Positions 31,050 through 41,047 of a DNA stretch of 64,000 nucleotides are shown here, piece after piece. Made by a program: the position numbers and the translations under genes. Position 1 is the stretch's first letter. Every line of letters starts with the position of its first letter. The stretch is taken from the NCBI RefSeq assembly GCF_900109655.1, contig NZ_FOAT01000005.1, positions 1 through 64,000 of the forward strand. The letters are read 5' to 3'. The stretch comes from Ruminococcus albus. Lineage in GTDB: Bacteria; Bacillota; Clostridia; Oscillospirales; Ruminococcaceae. The notes beneath the pieces were generated by a model, which worked only from the letters and a program-made list of their open reading frames with translations, was not told where the DNA came from and did no database searches.

Positions 31050-31654
31050 CTGTACATCTCTCCCTAACTATGCGGCACAACACCAAAAAGCTCCCGTCCT
31101 TTTACGAAAGCTTCAATATCCTTCATGCCGCGTCAATTGTTCAGACGATCTGCCCCGTACCCTCGGGACACTGACACAATATATAGATCATCGTTTGATT
31201 TAAGGATATCACATTTAGTAGTATATGTCAAGGTCAAATCAGAAATATTACGCAAGCTTAACAGTTTTTTCATATGTTACCAAAAGCCCTGAAAAGCTTG
31301 ATTTTTGGCATTTTTTATACATAGGTCATTCCGTGAGGTATATGTCCGCAACAAATTAGTGTACTGAATTTTGTACAGAAAGCCGCTGAATGTTAATTTT
31401 TTAACGACCTATATATACGATTTCACGCACTAAAGTGTACTTTTTTGGTCTATTTGCCAAACGACTTTTTGCAGTATTTTTCCGACTTTATTTCTGATTT
31501 ATACTGTTTTCCTTGTTTTGCACGAGCTCTCATATTAAGGCATTTATGGTCTGTAATTAGTTAAACAGCGTATTAGAATGAAAAATTATTAACAATCTTT
31601 CAGGATATCACTGACAGTATGCCCGCGGAAATTAAAAAAATTCAGTATGAAAAA

Positions 31655-31690
31655 CAAAAACGGAGGGCAGCCCGAGCTGTCCTCCGAATA
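31655..31690 (-). terminator. Rho-independent terminator downstream of tyrA
   Basis: Minus strand: ggaggacagc-tcgg-gctgccctcc followed by gtttttgttttt. Confidence 0.75.
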
Positions 31691-31693
31691 AAA

Positions 31694-32533
31694 TTACTGC
31701 TGATTGTTTGAAAGTTCTTTGAGTTCCCTGCCGGCTTTGAGAAGCTCACGCAGGTCGTCGGCATCGTCGGCTTTGATAGCGTCGCGGTACTCGGTCAGAC
31801 GCTCGATGATGCAGTTGAGCTCGTCAATCAAGGGCTGCTTGTTCATCAGGAAAAGCTCTGTCCACATATTCTCGTTCAGCTTTGCCACACGGGTGAGGTC
31901 TTTGAATGAACCCGCGGAAAATCCTGCCTGTTTCAGCAGGCTGGGGCTTTTAACGTAGGCACTGGACACAACATGGGCAAGCTGTGAGGTGAAGGCGATG
32001 ATACGGTCATGCTCCTCGGTGGTGGAAGTTACGACCTTGGCAAAGCCTATCTCGTAGGCAAGCTGAGATATCTCTCTTACAGCCTTTGCGGCAGTATCGT
32101 CCGAGGGGGTCATTATGAAGCTGGCACGCTCGAAGAGGTTATCCACTGAGTACGCAAAGCCCGAAAATTCGCGGCCTGCCATGGGGTGACAGCCTATGAA
32201 GACAACACCTTCCTCTTTCAGGGGAGCTTCCACAGCTTCGACTATCGCAGACTTAACGCCGCAGGAATCGGTAACTATGCCGCCCTTTTTGAAATTCGAC
32301 TTATTATCCAGGATAAATTTTATGGTCTGGGCGGGGTGGAGACATACGATGACAACATCGCAGGTATGCAGGGTATCGGGAGTAAGTTCCCCGTCAATAG
32401 CCTCCTGAGCCACCGCTCCCGCTATGGCGGCGCGGTCGATATCCAGCGCAAAACAGCTGTGTTCGGTGTTCTTCTTTATAGCTTTGGCAAGAGAGCCTCC
32501 TATCAGTCCAAGACCGACTATGCCTATCTTCAT
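31694..32533 (-). CDS. tyrA: Prephenate dehydrogenase
   Basis: N-terminal NAD-binding MKIGIVGLGLIGGSLA; 279 aa, TyrA-like. Confidence 0.85.
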   Translation of the reverse strand: MKIGIVGLGLIGGSLAKAIKKNTEHSCFALDIDRAAIAGAVAQEAIDGELTPDTLHTCDVVIVCLHPAQTIKFILDNKSNFKKGGIVTDSCGVKSAIVEAVEAPLKEEGVVFIGCHPMAGREFSGFAYSVDNLFERASFIMTPSDDTAAKAVREISQLAYEIGFAKVVTSTTEEHDRIIAFTSQLAHVVSSAYVKSPSLLKQAGFSAGSFKDLTRVAKLNENMWTELFLMNKQPLIDELNCIIERLTEYRDAIKADDADDLRELLKAGRELKELSNNQQ

Positions 32534-32702
32534 ATAAAAACGTCCTTTCGCATTTTATTGCTTTTATGTAATAAAGTATAACACTATTTATTTGAGTTGT
32601 CAAGTACATGTTAAGTTGCTTAATTCTTAAATGATTTCTTTAGATGTTTTAACGAATCGATATTTTCAGTAGTATTTTTTAAAAAAATATCTATGAAACT
32701 AT

Positions 32703-32731
32703 TGACAAATCGCACCTGTTGTAGTATAATA
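32703..32731 (+). promoter_or_regulatory. Consensus sigma-70 promoter TTGACA-17-TATAAT
   Basis: ttgaca aatcgcacctgttgtag tataat upstream of the hydrolase gene. Confidence 0.65.
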
Positions 32732-32778
32732 TTGTATGTGAGGAAAAATTAATTTTCTTGCGAATTATGAAGGTTTAG

Positions 32779-33384
32779 GTGATTTGGCGAAGAAGCAGCT
32801 TTTGGGCTGCTTTTTTCGTTTTTAAACGCTTTTTCGCGAATGTGCATACAGGAGGGGTCAGTTTGAAGATACTTAATATACATGGGTTTCGAGGGAGTGC
32901 TGAAAATGCGGCATTCGGTGCGCTGACGGGGCTTGGACATGAGGTCGTTTCGCCAGGGTTTGATTATGATGCAGTTTCGGCTGACATTGTCATCGAGAAA
33001 CTTCGCGAGATAATACGTGATGAAGCTCCTCAGTATATTGTAGGAACAAGCTACGGAGGATTTTTCGCGGCTTTGCTTTCTGCGGAGACAGGTATCCCCG
33101 CAGTGCTGGTGAATCCCTGTCTGATGCCTTTTTATCATCTTCCTCTGCTGGGGTATGAGGGTGATATCGGGGCTATGATCTCACTTTTCGGCGGTCTTGC
33201 AAAGGCTGACCGCGGTATCGTCAAGTGCGTAATCGGCGGAAGCGATGAGTTGATAGATACACATTCCCTGGAAACGCGGTTTTACGGTGCTGAGAATATC
33301 ACTGTTATACCTGAGGGGCTTCATTCTGGGGCTACTCTTCCGCTGGGGGAGTTTTTTGGTGAAGTTATAAATAACTTCGGATAA
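32779..33384 (+). CDS. Alpha/beta-hydrolase, YqiA/UPF0227-like esterase
   Basis: LKILNIHGFRGS... and the nucleophile-elbow-like VGTSYGGFFA; the true start is probably the TTG near 32863 after RBS aggagggg. Confidence 0.55.
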   Translation: MIWRRSSFWAAFFVFKRFFANVHTGGVSLKILNIHGFRGSAENAAFGALTGLGHEVVSPGFDYDAVSADIVIEKLREIIRDEAPQYIVGTSYGGFFAALLSAETGIPAVLVNPCLMPFYHLPLLGYEGDIGAMISLFGGLAKADRGIVKCVIGGSDELIDTHSLETRFYGAENITVIPEGLHSGATLPLGEFFGEVINNFG

Positions 33385-33403
33385 TAAAAATCAGGAGAAA
33401 ATT

Positions 33404-34273
33404 ATGGAATTGGTTTTGCGAATTATTCTGGCAGGTGCCATCGGATTTTTGGTATCTCTGGGATGTGTGAAGATCTTTTATAGATATAGATCCGGTAGAA
33501 CTATAAAAGCTGTTCCCGATGAGAAACGGATAGATATCCTCAGAAGATTCAGGGATTACGAAGAGGATAATATCAGCAGAAAACATTATCCCGAATTCGT
33601 GCTTGGTCGTCCTGCGCCAAAGATCTTGCAAAAATATAATTATCCCGCTTACTGCAAAACAGATTCCGAAAACGAAGATTCTATCGTTTTTTCAATGCTG
33701 GACTTTGTTTGCGATAATTTCAGGCACTATAGCCATGCTGTAACGGGCGGTGGTAGTCTTGAGAGTGTTATAAAAAGCTGTGAAAAGCATGAACAGAAGA
33801 CTAATTGCAGAGGTTTATCGATCATACTATCCGAATTGCTGCGCATGAACGGCATAAAGGCAAGGCATATCACCTGCAAGCCATATGAGGAACCCTTTAA
33901 TGATTGTCATGTTGTTGTGGACTGCTTGCTGCCGTCGGGTTCAAGAATAATGCTTGACCCCACATATCGGCTATATTTTACTGACGATAACGGTGATTAT
34001 GTATCTTTGCGGCAGCTACGTGAGGATGTCATTGCGGGGCGCACTCTTCATGCAAACAAAAATGCTTCATACAGCGGCGATGCATTTGATTACGATTTTT
34101 ATTTAGAATATATGTCAAAAAATCTACTTCGGTTTAATGCAAATTACCGATCGGATAACACGGATTCTATTTCCACACAAATCGAATTGATACCAAAGGG
34201 ATACAGCACAGACGGATATTCAAAGGCTGTGCAGTATACTACCTCACTGGAATATTTTTGGGATATGGGGTAA
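33404..34273 (+). CDS. Transglutaminase-like (Cys-His-Asp) superfamily protein with N-terminal TM
   Basis: NCRGLSIILSELLRMNGIKARHI...DCHVVVDCLL...MLDPT, with Cys/His/Asp in the order expected for the TGase core. Confidence 0.55.
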   Translation: MELVLRIILAGAIGFLVSLGCVKIFYRYRSGRTIKAVPDEKRIDILRRFRDYEEDNISRKHYPEFVLGRPAPKILQKYNYPAYCKTDSENEDSIVFSMLDFVCDNFRHYSHAVTGGGSLESVIKSCEKHEQKTNCRGLSIILSELLRMNGIKARHITCKPYEEPFNDCHVVVDCLLPSGSRIMLDPTYRLYFTDDNGDYVSLRQLREDVIAGRTLHANKNASYSGDAFDYDFYLEYMSKNLLRFNANYRSDNTDSISTQIELIPKGYSTDGYSKAVQYTTSLEYFWDMG

Positions 34274-34439
34274 GGTCTGATTTTTCTATTGAACAACAAA
34301 GGCACTTTTGTCGCGGGTGACAGAAGTGCCTTTTGTTATTATTTATCGGGGTTGTCGAATATTTGCTGTGGGCGATAGTTTGCGAGTTGTCGCCCCTCGT
34401 ACCTCGGGTAAAGAATTTAATAAGCAACCACCATTAATT

Positions 34440-34650
34440 TCGTGCGACGGCAATATTTCGCACGGAGTTTTATGCGGTGGCATACGGTCGCACACGCTCG
34501 GAATATTTGGTATTGCCGCGCCTTTTTGACAGGACGGGGAGTTTGTTGTTTTATTGACAGCACGGTTGCCACACTAATTTTGTGCCTTGAGTTGAGGGCT
34601 CTGCCCTCAAACTCCCGCAAGCCTGCTATCGCGAGGCATATGCCGACGCA
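34440..34650. repeat. Intergenic REP-like repeat copy (tattgccgcgcc ... ttgagggctctgccctcaaactcccgcaagcc)
   Basis: Identity to 40-100 and 25585-25640. Confidence 0.7.
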
Positions 34651-34702
34651 GTCGCATAAACCGCGCACTTTGACTCTTTGGCAGTTCCCACTGGATTGCT
34701 TT

Positions 34703-35404
34703 TTATTCCTTATCACTGTTATCCATCTCCAGCGGTATCTCCAGACCAACTGTACCCGGGGTATGGGATGGAAATACGCAGGTGACGTACTCCCAGCCGC
34801 CGTGGTTGGCTAGTTTTTGGGTCAGGTTACGTATATCGCTGATGCGCACACCTGTTTCGGGGACTATCTCTATCAGGAGTTCGCAGGAATCTTCCAGAAA
34901 TTCTGTGGCGGCTGTTTCTACGGCTATCCCCTGTTCAGCGAAGAATTCTTCCACCGTCTGTGCGCAGTAGGTTTCGGGCGGAATATCCGACATATCATCG
35001 GTTTTGCGTGAAGCATCCTTGATACCCCGCTTTCTCAGCATTGTTTCGAGTTTGTCCCTGTCCCAGAGTTCAACGTTGTTGACCTCGGCAAGCTTTCGGG
35101 CGGCGGCGGTGAAATAGCTGTTGGTCATGACAGCGCCCACCTCACAGCCGTAGTAGGCAAGTCCGCCTATTACTTCCTGTACCGCGGAATTATTAAGCTT
35201 TTTATCGTAGCGCTTGCACTGCACCGCATATCGGCGGTGCTTTTTCACGGCGATGATATCAACGCCGAAATCCCCCGAGCCTTTGGTGACTTCGATATCC
35301 TTGAAACCGTTGGCTTTCAGGATATTGGCGCAGGCATATTCAAACTCATGACCATCCATAAGATCAAGCTTTTTCAGGGTGAGTCTGCCGAAGTGGCGGA
35401 TCAA
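34703..35404 (-). CDS. Mrr_cat-type restriction endonuclease-like domain protein; an upstream in-frame region encodes two TM-like helices but has no canonical start
   Basis: MDGHEFEYACANILKANGFKDIEVTKGSGDFGVDIIAVK...YAVQCKRY (Mrr N-terminal catalytic fold); the annotated start is a TTG; the in-frame upstream 150 nt encode IFIILAGLLAGSALA...YIPFLPFLSIPLFLGI before a TGA. Confidence 0.6.
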   Translation of the reverse strand: MIRHFGRLTLKKLDLMDGHEFEYACANILKANGFKDIEVTKGSGDFGVDIIAVKKHRRYAVQCKRYDKKLNNSAVQEVIGGLAYYGCEVGAVMTNSYFTAAARKLAEVNNVELWDRDKLETMLRKRGIKDASRKTDDMSDIPPETYCAQTVEEFFAEQGIAVETAATEFLEDSCELLIEIVPETGVRISDIRNLTQKLANHGGWEYVTCVFPSHTPGTVGLEIPLEMDNSDKE

Positions 35405-35656
35405 TGATATCCCGAGAAACAGGGGTATGCTCAGGAATGGCAGAAATGGGATATAGCCGTAAAATTCCGGACGGTCGCCGCCTGTGCAGAAAAATTCGGC
35501 GAGCCTATATGAAGCAAGAGCAGAACCTGCAAGAAGTCCCGCAAGTATAATGAATATCCGCTTGATATGCTGTCACCGACCTTTCGGGGAAATTTCATTG
35601 GCACCGCCATTAACGAAGTGAGGGCGCTGACCCGCAGGAAAGCGCCCGTTATGGTA

Positions 35657-36202
35657 TTATTTAAAGAACAGCGGAAGTTTTTCGAGGAAGAAGATATCCG
35701 TTCTGTCGGCTGCATCGCCCTCGGCGAGGACTGCACCTGCGCCCACGATCTTTCCGCCTGCTGCGTTTACAAGCTCCTCAACAGCTGTGAGGGATTCGCC
35801 TGTGCTGATAACATCATCGAGGATAAGTACACGCTTGCCTTTCAGCCTTGCTACGTCCTCCTGAGAGAGGTAGAGGGTCTGGACTGCGGCGGTGGTTATG
35901 GACTTTACCTGCACCGATATAGGGTCGGTCATATAGAGCTTTACGGACTTGCGGGCTACGACATAATTCTTGCCCGACTGTCTTGCTGCCTCGTATGCCA
36001 GGGGTATGCCCTTGGATTCGGCTGTGATTATAACATCGAATTCGGGGGCTTTTTTAAGCAGCTCCGTGGTTGCCGCAACTGTCATCTCAACGTCAGAGAA
36101 CATTATAAATGCGGCGATATCAAGCTTTTCGCTTGCTGAACATATGGGCAGCTCTCTTGTAAGTCCTGCCACCTTCAATGTGTATGTTTCCATTTTAAAC
36201 AC
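35657..36202 (-). CDS. Purine phosphoribosyltransferase (type I PRTase, xpt/apt-like)
   Basis: PRPP-binding motif VLILDDVISTGESL; 181 aa; lies in a nucleobase salvage cluster. Confidence 0.6.
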   Translation of the reverse strand: MFKMETYTLKVAGLTRELPICSASEKLDIAAFIMFSDVEMTVAATTELLKKAPEFDVIITAESKGIPLAYEAARQSGKNYVVARKSVKLYMTDPISVQVKSITTAAVQTLYLSQEDVARLKGKRVLILDDVISTGESLTAVEELVNAAGGKIVGAGAVLAEGDAADRTDIFFLEKLPLFFK

Positions 36203-36218
36203 TCCTTAATACTATGCT

Positions 36219-36623
36219 TTATTTGGATGAGAAGTCCTCTATGGGGTAGTCCTCGGATATCTTATACACCGCGAACCATGAATTTTTCTCGGTACAGCTT
36301 ATTGCGAAATCGTAATCATCGCCGTCTGTTTTGCCGTAATGATCCACGCCGTCAAGGCTGTACATCCTGCGGTAGCCTTTTTTATCGAAGTATTCTTCGT
36401 AGGTATCCTTGCTGCTGCCGATGAATTCGACCATGCCATCCTCGGCGTGACCATCGGGTGTGAAGCCCTTGCTGATCTTCAAAAACACAAGTGTGGTCTT
36501 GGGAAGTTCAGCCATACCGTAGCCGCATTCTACCAGAGCCCTGAGGATACTGCCCTCAACGAACAGCACAGCCATTAGTATCACAGCAAAGAATACTCCC
36601 GCTAATTTTTTATTATCCATCAT
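36219..36623 (-). CDS. Hypothetical protein with N-terminal TM/signal anchor
   Basis: 134 aa; one hydrophobic N-terminal helix. Confidence 0.35.
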   Translation of the reverse strand: MMDNKKLAGVFFAVILMAVLFVEGSILRALVECGYGMAELPKTTLVFLKISKGFTPDGHAEDGMVEFIGSSKDTYEEYFDKKGYRRMYSLDGVDHYGKTDGDDYDFAISCTEKNSWFAVYKISEDYPIEDFSSK

Positions 36624-36655
36624 TTTCCCTTTCAGATATTCCGTGTTTTAAACTA

Positions 36656-38128
36656 TCAGAGGAATATATACTTCAGTACGAACAGCACTGTCAGCACATA
36701 CATAATGGGGTTGATCTTCTTGGCTTTGCCGCAGAAGAGGTTGATAACAACGTAGGACATAACGCCCACAGCTATACCCTCAGCAATGCTGTAGAACAGG
36801 GGCATAGCAAGTATGCACAGATATGCGGGAACAGCCTCGGTATAGTTGTCAGGATCGAACTTGATATCGGTTATGGAGCTGAACATCAGGAAGCCCACTA
36901 CTATCAGTGCGGGTGCTGTTGCGAATGAAGGTATCGCTATGAATATAGGTGCGAAAAGCATGGAAGCCATGAACAGCAAAGCAGTTGTAACTGCGGTGAG
37001 ACCTGTTCTTCCGCCTGCGCCGACACCTGCGGCGGATTCAACGAAAGTTGTTGTGGTGGAAGTACCCAGAACTGCGCCGCCTGTTGTTGCGATAGCGTCA
37101 GCCATGAGTGCGGGACGTATCGCGGGGAGTTTGCCGTCCTTATCCAGCATATCAGCCTTTGAAGCCACGCCTATCAGGGTTCCCAGAGTATCGAAGAGGT
37201 CAACAAACAGGAATGAGAATACAACTACTATAAAGTTGAATATGCCTACACTGCTCATATCAACGTCGAAGCAGCCGCCGAAAGTCTTGCTGAGAGCGGT
37301 GAAATCCGTCATGGAGAAGCTTGGCAGCAGTGAGAACCAGCTCTCGTTGTCGGGTACATAAAGTCCAACGCCCTGACATATCATACCAAGTATCCATGTG
37401 CCGAATATGCCTATGAGTATGGAACCGCGGACTTTTCTGATATAAAGCACAGCCATCAGTACAGTGCCGATAACTGCCAGCAGGGCGCATATACCGCGGG
37501 TGTGGAAGTCTTCTCTGAAATCCACCAGTTCAACAAGGGTAGCTCCGCCGACTGTCAGATTGGCATTCTGGAGACCGATAAATGCAATGAAAAGACCTAT
37601 ACCAACGGATACCGCCTTTTTCAGCGAGAGGGGTATGCAGTTGAATATGGCTTCCCTGACCTTTGTCACGGAAAGTATTATGAATATAACGCCTTCGATG
37701 AATACAGCCAGCAGTGCTACCTGCCAGGGATATCCCATGGCGCCGCACACGGTGTATGCCATGAATGCGTTAAGTCCCATGCCTGCGGAAAGTGCAAAAG
37801 GAAGATTCGCCATAAGCCCCATACACATAGTACCGAGGAAAGACGCAAGGCAGGTCGCAAGGAGAACAGCAGTGCTGTCCATGCCTGCGGCGGAAAGTAT
37901 ACTGGGGTTGACCGCAAGTATATAAGCCATTGTCATGAAAGTGGTTATACCTGCCATTACCTCGGTGCGGACATCGGTGCCGTGAGCTTTCAGCTTGAAG
38001 AATTTGCCGAGGGTACCTGTTTCGGTAATGGTCTGCACTTCCTTATTGCCCATATGTTCAGAGGGGTGAGTTATGTGGTTCCTCTGCTTTTTTTTGCTTC
38101 TGCTTCCCATATCACTTGCCCTCCTCAA
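36656..38128 (-). CDS. NCS2-family nucleobase permease (AzgA/PbuG-like guanine/hypoxanthine permease)
   Basis: ...TEVMAGITTFMTMAYILAVNPSIL... typical of COG2252; the start may be the internal Met (MGNKEVQ). Confidence 0.75.
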   Translation of the reverse strand: MRRASDMGSRSKKKQRNHITHPSEHMGNKEVQTITETGTLGKFFKLKAHGTDVRTEVMAGITTFMTMAYILAVNPSILSAAGMDSTAVLLATCLASFLGTMCMGLMANLPFALSAGMGLNAFMAYTVCGAMGYPWQVALLAVFIEGVIFIILSVTKVREAIFNCIPLSLKKAVSVGIGLFIAFIGLQNANLTVGGATLVELVDFREDFHTRGICALLAVIGTVLMAVLYIRKVRGSILIGIFGTWILGMICQGVGLYVPDNESWFSLLPSFSMTDFTALSKTFGGCFDVDMSSVGIFNFIVVVFSFLFVDLFDTLGTLIGVASKADMLDKDGKLPAIRPALMADAIATTGGAVLGTSTTTTFVESAAGVGAGGRTGLTAVTTALLFMASMLFAPIFIAIPSFATAPALIVVGFLMFSSITDIKFDPDNYTEAVPAYLCILAMPLFYSIAEGIAVGVMSYVVINLFCGKAKKINPIMYVLTVLFVLKYIFL

Positions 38129-38666
38129 ATTCAGCTATACACGGCAGATTTCTGTAATACTCGCCGTAATCCAGACCGTATCCGATAACGAAATAATCGG
38201 GTATGGTAAACAGTGCGTAGTCCGAACTGAGTTCTACAAGACGTCTGTCGGGCTTATCAAGCAGTGTTACTATCTTCAGCGAAAGGGGATTTTTGCTTTC
38301 AAGGTATTCCTTGACCTTGCTGAGAGTTCTTCCCGTATCGATAATATCCTCGACTATCACAACATTATACTTGCTTATATCCTGTGCGAGGTCAAGGGTT
38401 ATCTCAACATTACCTGAGCTTTCGGTGCTTTCAAAATAGCTTTTTGCCGCCATGAAGCCTATCTCGTGGGGGATGGTTATAGCACGGCTGAGGTCGGCAA
38501 GGAATATAAATGCACCTTTAAGGATAGTCACAAGAAGCAGGGGCTTGTCCTTGTACTCAAGGCTGAGTATCTCGCCTGCTTTGGTCACGGCGTCCCTTAT
38601 CTCTTCCTCGGATATCACAACACGTTTGATATGCTTGTGGAATTCGGGCATATTTGTCATCTGCAT
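38112..38666 (-). CDS. hpt: Hypoxanthine-guanine phosphoribosyltransferase
   Basis: LKGAFIFLADLSRAI..., VVIVEDIIDTGRTL. Confidence 0.85.
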   Translation of the reverse strand: MQMTNMPEFHKHIKRVVISEEEIRDAVTKAGEILSLEYKDKPLLLVTILKGAFIFLADLSRAITIPHEIGFMAAKSYFESTESSGNVEITLDLAQDISKYNVVIVEDIIDTGRTLSKVKEYLESKNPLSLKIVTLLDKPDRRLVELSSDYALFTIPDYFVIGYGLDYGEYYRNLPCIAEFEEGK

Positions 38667-38688
38667 CTGCGGTCTCTCCTTTCGTTAT

Positions 38689-39318
38689 TTACTTGGTTCC
38701 GAATATTCTGTCACCCGCGTCGCCGAGACCGGGTACGATATATGCGTTCTCGTTGAGCTTTTCATCAAGGCTGCCCACGTAGATATCGATATCGGGGTGA
38801 GCCTTTTTCAGCGCTTCAAGACCCTCGGGCGCAGCAATAACGCACATGAATTTGATATTGGTGCAGCCCCTCTGCTTGATGAAATCAACTGCCGTTATGG
38901 CAGAACCGCCTGTGGCAAGCATGGGGTCGGGGAGGATAACAAGTCTCTCGTCGATATTCTCGGGGAGCTTGCAGAAATACTCATGGGGCTCATGGGTAAC
39001 TTCATCCCTGTAAAGACCGATATGACCTACCTTTGCGGATGGCACCAGTGCGAGTATGCCGTTCACCATGCCCAGACCTGCACGGAGTATCGGCACAACT
39101 GCCAGCTTCTTGCCTGAAAGCATAGGCACATCAGCCGTAGTTATAGGTGTTTTTACGCTCACCAGCTCGGTGGGCAGATCACGGAGAGCCTCATAGCCCA
39201 TAAGCATGGCTATCTCCTCGACGAGTATTCTGAAATCCCTTGTACCTGTGTTTTCATCACGCAGCAGAGATATCTTGTGCTTGATAAGTGGATGGTCGAT
39301 GATAGTTACTTTTCCCAT
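38689..39318 (-). CDS. upp: Uracil phosphoribosyltransferase
   Basis: N-terminus [21 protein letters not shown] and C-terminal [17 protein letters not shown]. Confidence 0.9.
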   Translation of the reverse strand: MGKVTIIDHPLIKHKISLLRDENTGTRDFRILVEEIAMLMGYEALRDLPTELVSVKTPITTADVPMLSGKKLAVVPILRAGLGMVNGILALVPSAKVGHIGLYRDEVTHEPHEYFCKLPENIDERLVILPDPMLATGGSAITAVDFIKQRGCTNIKFMCVIAAPEGLEALKKAHPDIDIYVGSLDEKLNENAYIVPGLGDAGDRIFGTK

Positions 39319-39428
39319 TTTGAAAACCTCGCTTTTATATTATTTTAATTGTTTACTGAGTAACGAAAGGTGACTTTATCCCGCTTTTAGAACGTTCATA
39401 GCAGTTTAGCAGTTATCACGCGGATTTA

Positions 39429-40802
39429 TCATTCGTCTTCGCTCTTACTATTGTCCGCTTTTCGGGACAACATGACATTTGTAATTATGCCGAGGATAAG
39501 AGCGGCAGCTATCTCGGTAAGAGTTACCTTGCCGAAGCTTATGCTGAGTCCGCCGATGCCTGCAATAAATATCACGGAAGCTGTGAACAGGTTGCGGTTG
39601 TCATCAAGATCGACTTCTTTCAGCATTTTAAGTCCCGAAACTGCAATGAAACCGTAAAGTGCCACGCAAACGCCGCCCATCACGCAGGCGGGTATCGAAT
39701 CTACAAAAGCCACAAAGGGCGTTACAAACGAGAAGAGTATGCAGCCAATAGCAGCCGCGATTATGGTAACTGTGGAGGCGTTGCCTGTTATGGCTACACA
39801 GCCCACGCTCTCGCCGTAGGTGGTATTGGGACAGCCGCCGAAAAATGCGCCTGCCATAGACCCTACACCGTCACCGAGAAGTGTTCGAGCAAGACCGGGT
39901 TCTTTGAGAAGATCTCTGCCGATAACGGAGGAGAGGTTCTTGTGGTCGGCAACGTGCTCGGCAAAAACCACCAGCGCCACGGGGACATAAGCCACAAGGA
40001 TAGTCAGTATATAACTGCCTGTCAGGTCGCCGAAGCCCTTGAAGCCTTCAAGGAAAACAAGGTCGGGGAGCTTGAAGAAGCTTTCTGCGGTAACATTGCC
40101 GTCGGGGAACATTACCTTTGAGAACACCGAAAGATCAAGGATCTTCAGTGCTTCGATATCAGCGGCATTGCCTATCAGGGTGAATATCAAGGACACTGCA
40201 TAGCCCGCAAGTATTCCCATAACAAATGGCACAAGGCGGAGCATCTTTTTGCCGTAGGTGGAGCACAGCATAGTCACCGCAAGGGTCACAAGACCGCATA
40301 TCAGCGCGATATACTTAGCGGCGGGAACATCTGTGACATCGCTTTTCTGAAGATCTCCGATGGCATTTCCCGCAAGGGACAGACCGATTATTGCAACGGT
40401 GGGTCCAATGACCACAGGGGGCATCAGTTTGCCCAGCCAGTCAACGCCTACAACGCCTATAAGCGTGGCTATCACCACATAGACAAGTCCTGCAGCAACA
40501 GCACCTATGATTATGCCAAGCATACCCAACTGTGCTGTGGCAGCGCCTGCAAATGCTGCGGACATGGAACCTATGAAAGCAAAGGAAGAACCCAGAAATA
40601 CAGGGCTTTTCTTCTTGGTGAACGCCAGATACACCAGCGTACCCACACCAGCACCGAACATTGCGGCAGCGGGAGTCAGTCCGTTGCCGATTATCACGGG
40701 GACAGCAATCGTTGCCGCCAGTATCGCCAGCATCTGCTGTAGGGCAAAAACGATTATCTGCCCTGTTTTCGGCTTCGATTCAACATCATAGATCAACTTC
40801 AT
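39429..40802 (-). CDS. uraA: NCS2-family uracil/xanthine permease
   Basis: 457-aa polytopic permease of the xanthine/uracil type; adjacent to upp. Confidence 0.7.
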   Translation of the reverse strand: MKLIYDVESKPKTGQIIVFALQQMLAILAATIAVPVIIGNGLTPAAAMFGAGVGTLVYLAFTKKKSPVFLGSSFAFIGSMSAAFAGAATAQLGMLGIIIGAVAAGLVYVVIATLIGVVGVDWLGKLMPPVVIGPTVAIIGLSLAGNAIGDLQKSDVTDVPAAKYIALICGLVTLAVTMLCSTYGKKMLRLVPFVMGILAGYAVSLIFTLIGNAADIEALKILDLSVFSKVMFPDGNVTAESFFKLPDLVFLEGFKGFGDLTGSYILTILVAYVPVALVVFAEHVADHKNLSSVIGRDLLKEPGLARTLLGDGVGSMAGAFFGGCPNTTYGESVGCVAITGNASTVTIIAAAIGCILFSFVTPFVAFVDSIPACVMGGVCVALYGFIAVSGLKMLKEVDLDDNRNLFTASVIFIAGIGGLSISFGKVTLTEIAAALILGIITNVMLSRKADNSKSEDE

Positions 40803-40934
40803 TTTAGCTTTACAACGCCTTTCATCTAATTATCACATTCATAGATTTATTTTAGCATATTTCGGTAAGAATGTCAATAATAATAAAATATTTCAACTTG
40901 TTTTAGTATACTATTAATATTTAAAAATATAAAA

Positions 40935-40965
40935 AACGCATACTTTACAAAAGTATGCGTCGGTA
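40935..40965 (-). terminator. Strong rho-independent terminator (11-bp perfect stem) after the lipid operon
   Basis: Minus strand: acgcatacttt-tgta-aagtatgcgt followed by tttttatattttt. Confidence 0.8.
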
Positions 40966-41047
40966 TTTGTATAGATTTTCCTTGCCGTTTTTTGCGATCT
41001 CAAAGCTGTAATTTTTTCTTGGCTTGAAACAAGACCTGTACTACTGG

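Noticed and set aside
36846-38188. Plus-strand ORFs of 153-228 aa
   Set aside because: They are antisense to the NCS2 permease and hpt genes and have no motifs.
35405-41047. Purine (guanine/adenine) riboswitch upstream of the phosphoribosyltransferase, NCS2 permease or uraA genes
   Set aside because: I looked for the conserved riboswitch core in the leaders at 36203-36218, 38129-38200, 39319-39428 and 40803-41047; only a terminator hairpin and AT-rich promoter-like sequence were seen.
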